Assembly: GCF_036321535.1 (NCBI RefSeq)
Contig: NC_087436.1
Location: 96,350,001 to 96,414,000, forward strand
Source: Camelus dromedarius
Lineage: Eukaryota
Direction of reading: 5' to 3'
DNA length: 64,000 nucleotides
Shown here: positions 1 to 13,149 of the stretch, one piece after another
Position numbering within the stretch: position 1 is the first letter of the stretch
Layout: the number at the start of each line of letters is the position of its first letter
The notes under the pieces: generated by a model
The model's database searches: none
The model's input: only the letters and a program-made list of their open reading frames with translations
Told to the model about the DNA's origin: nothing
Made by a program: the position numbers and the translations under genes

Positions 1-1317
1 TACTGTTATATTTGTTAGGTGATCTGTGATTGGTGATCTTTGTCGTGACTATTGTAATTGTTTTGGGGAGCCACACGTCTCGCCCATATGACAATATACT
101 TGATAAATGTGTCTGTTCTGACTGCTCTGTCAACTGGCCATTCCCTCCTCTCTCCCCCTTTCCTTGGGCCTCACTATTCCCTGAGACACAAAAATATTGA
201 AATCAGGCCAATTAATAACCTTACAATGGCCTCTAAGTGTTCAAGTGAAAGGCAGAGTCACACTTCAAATCCAAAGGTAGATGTGATTAAGCTTAGTGAG
301 GAAGGCATGTGGAAAGCTGAGACAGGCCAAAAGTTAGGTACCTTGCACCAGCTAACAAGTTATAATTGCAAAAGAAGAGTTCTTGAAGGACATCTAAAGT
401 GCTACTCCAGTCAACATACAAATGATAAGAAAGCAAACGGGCCCGGCCACTATTAATATGGAGAAAGTTTTAGCGGCCTGGAAAGAAGATGAAACCAGCC
501 ACAACATTTCCTTAGGCCAAAGCCTAATCCAGAGCCAAGACCCTAACTCTCTTCAATTCAGTGAAGGCTGAGAGAGGTGAGGAAGCTGCAGAAGAAAAGT
601 TTGCAGCCAGCAGAGGTTGGTTCATAAGGTTTTGGGAAAGAAGCTGTCTCCCTAACATCAAAGTGCAAGGTGAAGCTGCAAGTGCTGATGTAGAAGCTGC
701 AGCAAGGTATGCAGAAGATCTAAGTCAGGTCTTTAATGAAGGAGTCTTCACTAAACAACAGATTTTCAACGTAGATGAAACATCCTCACATTGGAGGAAG
801 ATGCCGTCTAGGACTTCCATAGCTAGAGAGAAGTCAATGCCTGGCTTCCAAGCTTCAAAGAACAGGCTGACTCTCTTGTTAGGGACTAACACAGATGGTG
901 ACTTTAAGTTAAAGCCAATACTCATTTGTTACTCTCAAAATCCTAGGGCCCTTAAGAATTAGGCTCAATCTACTCTGTGCTCTATAAATAAAACAACAAA
1001 GCCTGAATGAGAGCACATCTGTTTACAATATCATTTATTGAATATTTTCAGCCCATTATTGGGACCTTCTGCTCAGAAAAAAAAATATTCCTTTCAAAAT
1101 ATTCCTGCTCATTGATAAGGTAACCTGTTCACCCAAGAACTATAATGGACATGTACAACAAGATTAATGTTTTCACATCTGCTAACACAACATCCATTCT
1201 GCAGCTCGTGGATCCATGAGTAATTTTGATTTGCAAGACTTATTATTTAGGGAATACATTTTATAAGGCTATAGCTGCCATAGATAGTGATTCCTCTAAA
1301 GGAGAACATTTGGTAAG

Positions 1318-3313
1318 TATAAAAATAATCCCCAAATTTGTATGGAAACACAAAAGACCCAAACAGCCAACACAGTCTTAAGAAAGAATTAAACTGGACT
1401 TATGCTCCCTGATTTCAAACAATAATACAAAGCTACAGTAATCAAAACTTTATGGTAGTTGGCAAAAAATCAGACACATAAATCAATGGAACAGAACAGA
1501 GGGCCTAGAAATGAACTTATATGGGCAATTAATCTACAACAAAGGAGGGAAGAATACACAATGGGGAAAAGACAGCCTTTTCAATAAATGCTGTTGGGAA
1601 ACCACCTCTGGACAGATACATGCAAAAGAATCAAACTAGACTACTCTCTAACACTATGCACAAAAATAAATTCAAAATGGATTAAAGACTTAAATGTAAG
1701 ACTTAAAACCATAAAACTTCTAGAAGGAAACATAGGTAGTAAGCTCTTTGGCATTGGTCTTAGCAAGGGAAACAGAAGCAAAAATAAACAAAAGTGACCT
1801 AATCAAACTAAAAAGGTTCTGCATAGAAAAGGAAACTATCAATAAAATGTAAATGCAACCTACTGAATGGGAGAAGAAATTTTCAAACTATTTGTCTGAG
1901 GAGGGGTTAATATCCAAAATATACAAGTAACTCTTACAATTCAACATAAAAAAACCCCACCTGATCAAAAAATCAGCAGAAGATCTGAACAGATATTTTT
2001 CTGCAGAAGACATACAGATGGCCAACAGGCACATGAAAAGATTCTCAGCATCACTAAATATTAGGGAAACGCAGATCAAAACCACAATGAGATACCACTT
2101 CACATCTGTTAGAAAGACTATTATCAAAGAGATGACAAGTAACAAATACTGGCAAGGATGTGGAGGAAAAGGAACCCTCATGCTCTGTTGGTGGGAATGT
2201 AAATTGGTGCAGCCACTATGAGCAACACTATAGACAATCCTCAAAAAATGAAAAATAGAACTACCATATGACTGAGCAATTCCATTTCTGGATATTTATC
2301 AAAAGAAAATAAAAACACTAATTATAAAAGATATATGCACCCCTATGTTCACTGCAGCATTATTTACAATAGGCAAGATATGGGAGCAACCCAAGTACCC
2401 ACCAATAGATGAATGGATAAAGAAAACGTGGTATGTATATATATACAATGGCATATGACTCAGCCATAAAAAAAGAATGAAATCTTGCCATCTGCAACAA
2501 CATGGATGGGCCTAGAGGCTATTATGCTAAGTGAAATAAGTCAAACAGAGAAAGACAAATGCTGCATGATTCTACTTACAAATGGCACCTGAGAAACAAA
2601 CAAATGAACAAACGTAACAACATAGAAACAGAGTCATAAATACAGAGAACAAAGAGATATGTGCCATAAGGGAGGGATGTAGGGGGAGGAAAGAAATAGG
2701 TGAGGAGAATTAACAAGTATAAACTTCCAGCTGCAAAATAAATGACACAAAGGTATGAAACGTACGGTGAGGGGAATACAGTCAACAACTGTAATATCTT
2801 TGTGTGGTGACATAGTGTAACCAGACTTACCATGGTGATCAGTTTGAAATGCATAGAAGTAGCAAATCACTATGTTGTGTAACAGGAACTAACACAGTTT
2901 GGTAGGTCAATTACACTTCAAAAACTGAGAAAAAAAGATCAGATTTGTGGTTACCAGAGACAGGGTGGGGGGATGGGGAATTGGATTTAAAGGCAGTGAA
3001 AGGTAGAAACTTCTAGTTATTAGGTAAATAAGTACTAGGGATGTACTGTACAACATAATAAATATAATTAACATTGCTGTATGTTACATACGAAAGTTGT
3101 TGAGAGTAAATCCTAAACATTCTCATCACAGGAAAAAAATTTTTCCCTACTTCTTTAATTTTGTATGTATGTCTATGAGATGATGCATTTTCACGAAACT
3201 TATTATGATAATTATTTCCTGAGGTGATCAGTATGCTGAACACCTTCAACTTATAGTTCTGTATGTCTCATGTCTCAATAAAAATGGAAGGAAAAAAAGA
3301 ACAAATAATCACC
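1318..3313 (+). mobile_element. 5'-truncated LINE-1 (ORF2 3' part, duplicated-module 3' UTR, A-rich tail) inserted in Tigger1
   Basis: ORF2 remnants ([22 protein letters not shown]...CWWECKLVQPL). AATAAA near 3277. Candidate 20-bp TSD at 1298-1317 and 3314-3333. Confidence 0.93.
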
Positions 3314-3416
3314 AAAGGAGTATATTTTGTAAGGCTACAGCTGCCATAGATAGTGATTTTCTCTCATGGATCTGGGCAAAGCCAGTTGAAAACATTCTAG
3401 AGATTCTTCACCGTAA

Positions 3417-4028
3417 TGTTACCGGGAGGAGGGAAATAAGAATTATCTTGGTTCTTAGTCACCCGAAAAAAAAGAAGTTTTAACAGGAGACAGAAAGAAT
3501 GATATAAGCAAGATTTTTATTAGTAAAGTAAAAAGGTAGTAAAAGATAATACACTCCTGAGAATTGGGAGCGGGCCAATCCGAGAGAGGAAAAATGGCGC
3601 GGCTCCTTTGTTTTTCCATCTCATATCCTGGCTTAGGGGCGCTTTTGTGATTGATTGATTGATTACGGGCTCAGATTCCCTGTGCTCTGGCTGACTGACA
3701 GTTCAGGTTCCTTGTGCTCAGACACGCCCATCTGCTTTGGGGCAGGTTCTTACCCATGAAGCACAGAGAAACCCGAGGGAGAGGGCTCAGACTGTAATGT
3801 TAATTACACTATAATGAGCACTGGGTCAGGTTACACTGGGTCCTTCTCTCTTATGCGCAGCTGCAGCATTTTGATTTTAGCTGGCTTCTTTGGCTGGTCT
3901 TCATTTAGAGAAAGTAAAAGTTTCTGGAGTCCCTTATCCTGAGTGCAGACGTACTGTTATTTTCTGGGTTGTTTCTTTCCCCTGCCTCTCCCTCTGTCCA
4001 GTGTTCATTTCTATCTAACTGCCTAACA
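3417..4028 (-). mobile_element. Solo ERV LTR (~612 bp, probably ERV1 class) inserted in Tigger1
   Basis: TGTTA...TAACA termini. Interrupts Tigger1 between TTCACC and ATTCTA. AATAAA on the minus strand at 3521-3516. No clean TSD. Confidence 0.75.
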
Positions 4029-4356
4029 ATTCTACATACCATTAAGAACATTCAAGATTCATGGGAAGAGGTCAAAATATCAACATTAACAGGAATTTGG
4101 AAGAACTTGATTTCAATCCTCATGGATGACTTTGAGGGGTCCAGGACTTCAGCAGAGGAAGGAACTGCAGGTGTGGTGGAAATAATGAGAAGCAGAATTA
4201 CAAGTGGAGCTTGAAGATGTGACTGAATTCCTGCAATCTTGTGACGAAAATTTAATGCATCAGGAGCTGCTTCTTATGGAAGAGCAAAGAAAGTGGTTTC
4301 TACAGATGGAAACTAACTCCTGGTGAAGATGCTGTGAAGCCTGCTGAAGTGACAAC

Positions 4357-4932
4357 TGCGGTGCCAACTGGTGCCTGCTGAGGCCTGTGACCCCCACCCC
4401 CAACTTCCAGCCCTTAGGCATCTGCCTGTTCTTCTTTGGAAGATAAAGTCCTGACGTGTGTTTGCCTTGGCAGAATTAACAGCCCTGGGGAATTGCTAGC
4501 CTCACTGTAGCTCAGGCTGACTTGTCACAGCCCATGTCCTCTCCTTATCGGAATCATAAGTTCCACTGCCTTCCTTGTATCAGCTCATGTCTCCATCTTC
4601 CTGGAGTCATAAGTTCCACTGCCTTCCTTGTGTCAGCTCATGTCTCCATCTTCCTGGAGTCATAAACCCACTGTTCTCCCATGTACCAAAGCCCTTCACC
4701 TTATTTACAGCCAGTCAGAAATCTGTTCCCCATCCCATTGTGTCCACAGCCCCTTCCTCAGTAAAAGACTCTGCACGTTCACCTCAGCACTCACCCAGGC
4801 ACCTCTCATCTGTGTGGCCCACTGTTGCCTGTAGCAGCATATCTATTAAACTTTTCCTTTGTTCTTAAACTTCTCCTTGCCTCTGGGAAATTCCTTTGTC
4901 ACTCGACACTGGCCCACTGTGTTTCCCCCACA
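4357..4932 (+). mobile_element. Solo LTR (576 bp) inserted in Tigger1
   Basis: TG...CA termini. Perfect 5-bp TSD ACAAC (4352-4356 and 4933-4937). ATTAAA at 4845-4850. Tigger1 resumes in register. Confidence 0.85.
4521..4665 (+). repeat. 53-bp tandem repeat within the LTR (2 near-identical units plus a diverged partial unit)
   Basis: CATAAGTTCCACTGCCTTCCTTGTRTCAGCTCATGTCTCCATCTTCCTGGAGT starts at 4555 and 4608, with one difference. Confidence 0.92.
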
Positions 4933-5589
4933 ACAACAGAGGATTTGGAATACTACACATCACCTTAGTTGATAAAGCAGTGGCAGGGTTTGAGAGGACT
5001 GACTCCAATTTTTGTAAGTTTTATCGTGGGTAAAATGCTATCAAAACAGCACTGCGGGCGACAAAGAACTTGTACGTGAAAGGAAGAGTTGATCGATGCA
5101 GCAAACCTCATCGCTGTCTTATTTGATGAAACTGCCACAGCCACCCCAGCCTTCAGCATCCATCACCCTGTTCAGTGAGCAGCCACCAACATCAAGGCAA
5201 GACTCTCCACCAGCAAAAAGATTAAGACTTGCTGAAGGTTCGAATTATGGTGAGCATTTTTCAGCCATAAAGTATTTTTTTCACAAAGTATTTTTTAATT
5301 AAGGTACGTACATGGCTTTTTTAGACATAATGCTACTGCATACTTAACAGACAATAGTATTTTGTAAACATAACTTTTATATGCACCTGGGAAACTAAAA
5401 AATTCCTGATTGGCTTTATTGAGATATTCCCTTTATTGTGGTGGGCTGCAAAGGAACCCACAGCATCTCCAAGGTATGCCTCTAGGTCCTCCTTAAACGA
5501 CAGCTATTGTCATTAATAACCTTTCCCTCCTCTGCCCTTCCTCCTTTTGTTACCTTTCAGGGTTGGGAAGTGGCCGGGAGGGCAATATA

Positions 5590-5760
5590 ATGGGACAGTA
5601 CTTAGCTTAGATTGGACCTCCATTACTTACTTACTGTTGACCTTGGGCATTTAACTCTTTGTGCCTCAGTTTTTTCACATGGGAAACGAGGATGATAAAA
5701 GAATGGGTCCTCTAGGGTTCATGAGAGGAAGAATGAATTTATACATATAAAGTGCTTAAG
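5590..5760 (+). mobile_element. MIR SINE
   Basis: TGACCTTGGGCA...TGTGCCTCAGTTT...AAAGTGCTTA core. Confidence 0.8.
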
Positions 5761-6224
5761 AGGAGCAGTGAGTCCCAGTCCCCCTCCTCCCAGTGGGTCT
5801 GTTCTAATCTCCCTTGATAGGTCCATCCAGACACTGTTTACAGATGCTTTTCTTTCCTCACATCCTTGAGGGTTGGAACTGAGTCCCTTTTTTAAACCAA
5901 CTTAAAACATAAAATATATATTATGTTTTTAAAGAACATGTCTGGCACATAGTAGCTTCTTAAAAAACATAGAATTCTACTAACTAAACTGGTCCCAGAT
6001 ATACTTGGTGTGGTTCAAAGAAGAGGGGAACCACAGACTGTTCATGGGGGAAACCCTTTGGGTGGCCCATCTGAGATAGGAGGGAGGTCCTTCATTAAAA
6101 AGTTTGGATTAGAGTCCTGTATTGATGCTTTTCTCTTTGGTGTTTCTATTTAATTTTGTTGTGGTTGTTTTTAACCAGGTCTCCCCACTGGACTATAAGT
6201 TGCGTAAGAGCAGCGTTCTACAAC

Positions 6225-6678
6225 AGCACATGGATCAGCTGTCTTCCTTTTGCCCCTCCAGGTCCACTCCTCATCCTTCTCTACCTCCTCTCTCCCCCAG
6301 CCTGAGGATGATCTGTACAAACTGCATCAATGGGTCCCCTGGAAGTCTACCAGCCTCCTGTGATGTGTAGACACTGGGAGCCACAGCATGAGGCCAGAGG
6401 CAGAAAGGAAAGAGAAATCAGGGTCTTTATTCCCCAGGTTCCTGCTCTGTAGGATCCCCTCAAGAGGGCCTTCTCTCTAGGACTTGTAAATGTACTTTCT
6501 TCTGAGTCCTTTGGACCTGGGGTAATAACAGCTCTGTTCTTATTGGTCCCAGTGCGCTGTAATTTCTCTCCACTTTTCCCACACCTTTGCTGAAACTGAA
6601 AGTCCGTTTCTTAAACCCTCTAGAAATAAGCGAGTTAGAGTGTGCCATCTGTTACCTGCTGGATCCCTGACTGATGCA
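6225..6678 (+). mobile_element. ERVL LTR, LTR33-like
   Basis: 3' end GAGTGTGCCATCTGTTACCTGCTGGATCCCTGACTGATGCA resembles the LTR33 terminus. Confidence 0.65.
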
Positions 6679-8429
6679 GTACTGTGATGCGCAAGGGGAG
6701 AACCATAAAACCACCACGCAGCCAGAGAGCAACTACTTCTCCTCTTTTATGTCCAGTTGGGACCCATCTGTTTTTCCCTCACTGCTCCTAAATGACTCCT
6801 CTATAAATCTCTCCATGAACTCTGAAATGATAAAGCCTTCTCTATTCACTCTTTTCCTTCAGGGAATTCTTTCAAAAGAAAAAAAAAATCTCTGCCATAA
6901 CTTAGGGATAATTTTCTGTTTCTTGTTTTTCTTTTTGGTTTTGTTTTTGTGCTTTTTAGAGGCATCATTTCCCTTGATTTTATTCTGCTGACCATGCTGA
7001 AAATTGGCTACAGGTTATAACAGAATTTGAATACAAAGCAGTAAATTCTACAAAAGAGATTTTGCTGTAACTGAAGTTTTTTTTTTCTTTTTTCAGTGAA
7101 TAAGACTTCAAAATAGACATACAAACATGCCATTAACAAGAAGTATGAAGTAAAATAATTTTTGAGTTGCTACAGATATAATAGAAACGCTTCTACTTTT
7201 CACTGTGTATTTCTTGCAATCTCGTCCAGATGTTAAAGCAACTTTAAAATACATTTGGGAATAAGCAACTGATTTACTTGAATGAACTTCTGTGTCTACA
7301 CAGTGTTTCTGAAGACTCATTATGGAATTACGAAAGTATACAGCAAATTACTATGTTAATTTTTTTCTTTTGCAGATTTAGTCTTACTGTTACACAACAG
7401 CTTATTGTTTGTAAATCAGTATTTCCATTTGGTGAAAAGGATTTTCCACCAAAGGCTTTGTCCTATTTTGTTTATTTTGGCTTCCAAAGGGACTGATATT
7501 CAAGAAGAAAGTAAACAACAAAAATATGGAGCTAGAAATCTGTAAAACAAAGTGATCATAAAGCTCCTAGCCACAAATAGACCTAAAACCCATAAAAGCT
7601 TAGCAGTGAATTCTACATCTTCTCTATTTAAAAATATGGTTTGATATTAACCGTGTGCATTTCTCCACCTTATTATCATCTTCCTTTGCATTCTGTCTTC
7701 TTTTTTTGTGGCCATTATTTTGGATGTTATACAAAATGACCAAATGCAATGGGGATACAAAACCTACGCTAAGTCAGTTTTAGTGTGTCTTGTCCTAATG
7801 CTTTTCTACAGAATTGACAATAACAAGATCTTTTTCAGGGGGCTCAATAAGCTGCATGTAACAAAACTGATGGATTGTGTGCCCTGCTCTTTTCAGGGAG
7901 GGGGCTGTAAAGACAAATGCCCATAATAGGATGGGTAAATATGGTAGTAAAGTCAGAAAATGAAATAAATGTTTACCTTGCAGGTGTGCATGTTTTGGGA
8001 AATAGCCTATTTTCTCTTGTCATGGCTGGGTCCACTTAACTACACTGAAATGGTCAAAGAAGTGGGGGCTCATTTCCATGAAGGTTCAGGGGATAGCTGA
8101 ATGATCAAAACCCTCACAAAGGCAGCAGTGCATTTTAGGATTCAGGTAAGTGCTGCTTTGCTGCTTTCCCAACTGATATAACCACATTTCATCAATTTCT
8201 AGTTGCATCATTGAAGAAATGCCACTTACTATTATTGGTGTCCCACAATTGCTGTTGGCCAGCAAGGCTGACATGGAGGTTCTGCTAGGGCAGGGCAGGG
8301 CAGGCCATGGGGTTGGCATTTATCTGCTGCAGGTAAAGGGCCTGACTTGATCTGGACTGGTGGGCAATGCCCATTCCCAATGCTATGTTTGGTAGAAATA
8401 ATGATCTCAACAGCGGGTAAGTGGGAAGG

Positions 8430-11400
8430 GCCAAATAGTTCTACTAGCCTGAGGATACAGTCATGGTTGGGGAAAGCATAATTATGGCTGAGATTACATG
8501 CACATGCAAAGAACACCAGAGAGAATCCAAGCTATTCACACTCCTAACCAAACTTAAGGCTATGCAAATACACATAAAAGACCTCAAAGGGCCCAAATAA
8601 AGGTCAGAGCACAATTTTAAATAACCTAAGGTTTAAATGTGTTACCCACCCCATACAGGGATTCATAAATTGTGAACAGAAGACTCACTGACAAAGTGGT
8701 TGAGCACAATCTGTCATGATCAACCAATACAGACATATGGGATGACTCTTAGAATACCAGGGCTGAAAACTAAAACAAACAAAAAAATACCAATGTCTTT
8801 GTCTACATACAAACTGAGCAGAGATGTCAGTGGAAGAATACTACAGGGAAGACAGAGTTCATGGAATTAGCTCAGGCAAATTAACAAAGAGTGAAACAAA
8901 CAAACAGCAACAATAATAATCTTCAGGAAAATACCAGAATCCAGAGTTGCTACATTATCGAGTTTTCAACAAAAAATTATGGGACATGCAAAGAAACAGG
9001 AAAGTGTGACACATACTTATGGAAAAACAGTCATCAGAAACCATCTCTAATGTTCCCTGCTCATAGAGCAGACAAAGGCTCCAGAGAAGCTAGTATAAAC
9101 ATGTTCAAAGAAGTAAAGGAAACTATTTAATGAATTACAGGAAAGTATGACAACAATGAATAAACAAATAGGGTTCATCAGGGAGGAGAGAGAAATTATA
9201 AAAAAAAAAAAGAATTCTAGAGTTGAAAAGTTTAATAACTGAAATAAAAATTCACTAGAAAGGAATAACAGCTTTGAAACGGCAGAAGAATCAGTGCCAC
9301 TGAAGGTTGATCAATAGAAATAACCCAATCTGAAGAGCTGAGAATAAAGATAAGTAAACAGACCCTTACAGACCTGTGGGACATCAAGTATACAAACACA
9401 CGTAGGAGTCCCAGAAGAAAAGGAGAGAACAGGCAAAGGCAGGAAGATTCTTGAAGAAATAATACTTGAAATTTCCCAAATTTGATGAAGAATATTAATT
9501 TAAACATCCAAGAAGCTCAACAACATGCAAGTAAAATAAATACAAAGAGGTTCATACCTGGACACATGACAATAAAAGTGTAGAAAGCCAAAGACAGAAA
9601 ATTTTGAGCACAGAGGAAAACAAGTAGTTCCATATAGCAGAGAATCAATAAATATACTGGTTGACTTCACCAGAAACAGAAACAATGGAGGCCAGAAGAC
9701 AGTGGAATGACAAAATCAAAACGCTGAAAGGCATTTTCAGAACCCTGTAAACCAAGAATTCAATATGCAGAAAACTACCCTTCAAAAATGAAAGTGAAAT
9801 TTATAGATAAAGATGGAAAGCATTTATTGCTAGTAGTCCTGGCCTTATAAAAAACACCAAAGAGTCCATCAGGCTAAAAGGAACTGGCTCTAGACAGTGA
9901 CTTGAATCTACTAGGGAAATGGAAAGCACCAGATATGTGTGTGAATATAAAATATGTTTTCTATAGAAACATTTCTCATTTCCCAAGTTCTTTAAAAGAC
10001 ATAAGTTATATAAAGCAATAATCATAGACTATTTTATTGGATTTATTACTTACAGAGATATAGCTGTATATGACAATGTTAACACAAAGAGGGAGGGAGT
10101 GGAGTCAATTTGAAACACATTTCTATATTTTACTGAAATTAAGTTAGTGTTAATTTCTGAAGGAGACTGAAAAATGTTCTAATACCTAAATCAACCACTA
10201 TAAAAATAATTTTTAAAATATAGCTTAGGGTGGGCATTATGGGTGAAGGTGATTAAAAGGTACAGACTTTTAGGGATTTAATGTATAGCATGGTGACTCT
10301 AGCTAATAATACTGTATTGTATATTTGAAAGTTTCTAAGAAAATAAATCTTAAAAGTTCTCATCACAAGAAAAAAAATCTGTATGGTGACGGATGTTGAC
10401 TAGATTTATTGTGGTGATCTTTTCACAGTATATACAAATACTGACTTATGCTGTGGACATGAAATATAATATTATATGTTAATTATATATATCTCAATAA
10501 AATAAATATAGTTTAAAAATCAATAGTGGAATTAAGATGGTTTACAAAAATATTTACTTAGCACAAAAGAAGGCAGTCAAGGAGGAGCAGAGGAAAAAAA
10601 AAGACAGAAAGCACACAGGAAAATAGTAAAATAGAAATCTGGTAGTGAAATTGAGAACATTCACTTTCTGCCTAAGATTGGGAAAAATAAAAATATCTGC
10701 TTTCGTTCAACAACTTACTCTGGAGCACAATAAGCTAGTGCAATAAGGCAAGAAATAGAAATAAAATGTAACAACCCAAAAGGCAGAAGTCTAACTTTTA
10801 TTTCCAAAAGACATGGCTGTCTATTTAGAAAATGCTATGGAATTTACACAAGAATTATTCAAACTCACACAACTGAACTTAGTAAAATCACAGGATATAT
10901 AAATATGAAATGTCAATTGTATTTCTGCATACTAGCAGCAAATAGTTAAAAAACTGTATAAAGTAATTCCACTTAAAATAGCATATAAAATTTAAAATAC
11001 TTAGGAAATAATTGAACAAAAGATGTGTAAGACTTCGTCACTGCAAACTACTATACACTGTTGAGATATCCATGTTCATGGATTGGGAGCCTCAATATTG
11101 TCTGGATGTCAATTATGTCCATATTCATCCTCACAGTCCACAGAATTCCAATCAAAATCCCAGCAGGCTGTTTTATAGAAATGGATTTTACATGGAAAAT
11201 CCAATAGAAAGATCTGAAATAGCCAAAAGAACCTTCAAAAAGAAAAAGCACAGAAGGAGGACTTAGACCACTCAACTCCAAGGCTGACTTGTAAAGCTAC
11301 AGCAATCAGGGCAATGTGGTACTGAAGGAAGGACTGACCAAGTCACCAGTGAAACAAAACGCAGTCCAGAAACAGATCCACACATACAGTTAACTGACTG

Positions 11401-12615
11401 TCAACAATGCTGTCGCAGTAATGAGGGAAAAGAAAATCTTTTAAATAAGTGGCACAAGGTCACCTAAATAATGATTTAAAAATGAATCCCAACCCCTGTC
11501 TCATACCATGTATAAAAATCATCTCAAACTGCATCATGTACCTAAACTTAAAAGCTAAAATTACATAGTTTCTGGAAGAAAACATAAGAGAATAATTGCT
11601 GTCTTGTGATAGGAAAAGATATCTTTGGATACAAAAAGCACTAAATATTAAAAAAAATTGATAAGTAGACTTCACCAAAATTAAAAACTTCTGCTCATCA
11701 AAACACATAGTTTAGGGAAATAAAAGGGACATGCTACAGACTATGAAAAAATGTTTGTAGTATGTATATTTGACAAAGGACTTGTATCCAGAATATAAAA
11801 TTCTACCAATAAGTATCAAAAAGACAACCCAATGAAAGAAATCAATTAAAGACTTAAACACCGCACAAAAAAGATATATGAACATCCAATATGCACATGA
11901 AAGATGCTCAGTATCAATTTTACTAAGAGAGATGCAACTGAAGCCCTAGTGAGATACTAATTCTCATGCACCAGGAGACAGCTGCAACCAAAAGAGGTAA
12001 AGCATCTAAATTACTCATCGATTACTGATGGGAGTGTGAAATGGTGCAACCGTTTTCAGAAACTGATAGTTTATAGGGTTAAATATCCATCCAGCTTTTG
12101 AGCCAGCAGTTCCATTCCTAGGTATTTAATCAGCAATGAAGAAAAAAAATATACACAAAACATTCTCAGCAGCATAATTCTTAAGAGCAAAAAACTGGAC
12201 ACAACCTAAATGTCCACCAAAAGGATAATGTATAAACAGTTTGTGGTTTGCTTATAAAACAGAATACTACTCAACAATACAAAAGTATGAACTACTGATA
12301 CAAACTCAACAGTGATGAATCTCCAAAATCTTAATGCTGAATGATAGAACCCAGATCAAGTACCTATGCTATGATTCTACTGGAATGAAGTTAAAAACAA
12401 AACAAAACAAAACTAATCTATGGTGATGGAAATCAGAAGAATGATGCTTACGTAGGGTGGAGACTGACTCGTGGGGGCACATGGGTAGTTTTGGGGGTGA
12501 TGGGATGTGCTATAGCTTTGTAACAGTGTGAATACACAAGTGAATACATTGTCAAAACTCAAATTGGACTTAAGATCTCTGTTTCATTATATACAAATTT
12601 GATTTCAGAAAAAGA
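8430..12615 (+). mobile_element. Ancient fragmented LINE-1 (L1M/L1ME-like): 5' region, ORF1 remnants, deleted ORF2, 3' UTR
   Basis: ORF1-like sequence at ~9050-9950 (CCAAGAAGCTCAACAA, GGAGGCCAGAAGACAGTGGAATGAC). ORF2 3' part at ~10640-12250. L1ME-type 3' UTR to ~12615. Confidence 0.85.
10228..10503 (+). mobile_element. Short L1MA-type 3' end nested in the older L1
   Basis: L1MA-like 3' UTR ending in CTCAATAAAA. Flanked by AAATATAGCTTA (10216-10227) and AAATATAGTTTA (10504-10515). Confidence 0.8.
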
Positions 12616-13149
12616 TTATCACTAATAAGATTGTGGATAAACCTTCCACTTTTTACTTTAATATTCTAGACATCAACTTTGCACAGCTCAGATTCTCCCT
12701 AATTAAAAAGTACAACCAACCATCGAGAGCAGCATGAACACAGACAAGCATCTGGCGGTCCTGAATCAAACCAAATTATGACTGGCGTCCCCACTGTCAG
12801 TCTGTTCAATTTTTACTCTAAAAATCTTATCTGTGATTATAATACAATTATGTGATCTTTGTTCTAGTCAAAGACACGGGCTACTTAATTCCTCTAAAAC
12901 TATCGATACACACATCTATGTCATACTAGTAAAAGTAAATCTCATAGTGGCAAAGGAATTCTTTAGAGCCTAGGATTAAAAATCACTGCTGTGGGAAACA
13001 TGGAATTCATTCTAACAGAACTTACTTGGCTAAAAACAGATTTTTCTTTGATCAATTAACGGAGTAAAGCCTGGTGGTTTATTTCCACTTGTCAGATAAG
13101 CTTTAGCCACACTTAAATAATTACAGATGTCAATAGGCTATGCTAGGTG

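Larger units (their letters stand above)
226..5250 (+). pseudogene. Degenerate Tigger1 (pogo-like) transposase with frameshifts, stops and insertions
   Basis: ORF-track fragments 58-456, 561-962, 3969-4214 and 5096-5302 contain pieces of the Tigger1 transposase in different frames. Confidence 0.88.
1..5482 (+). mobile_element. Tigger1 DNA transposon fossil (5' end outside window), split by one L1 and two LTR insertions
   Basis: Transposase-like translations (MASKCSSER..., [15 protein letters not shown]..., QQIFNVDET..., IKNIQDSWEEVKISTLTGIWK). Segments ~1-1317, 3314-3416, 4029-4356 and 4933-5482 are collinear. Ends with TIR-like CATCTCCAAGGTATGCCTC followed by TA. Confidence 0.95.

Noticed and set aside
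58..962. ORFs resembling TIGD1 as a domesticated transposase gene
   Set aside because: Multiple frameshifts and stops plus three insertions; this is an ordinary Tigger1 fossil.
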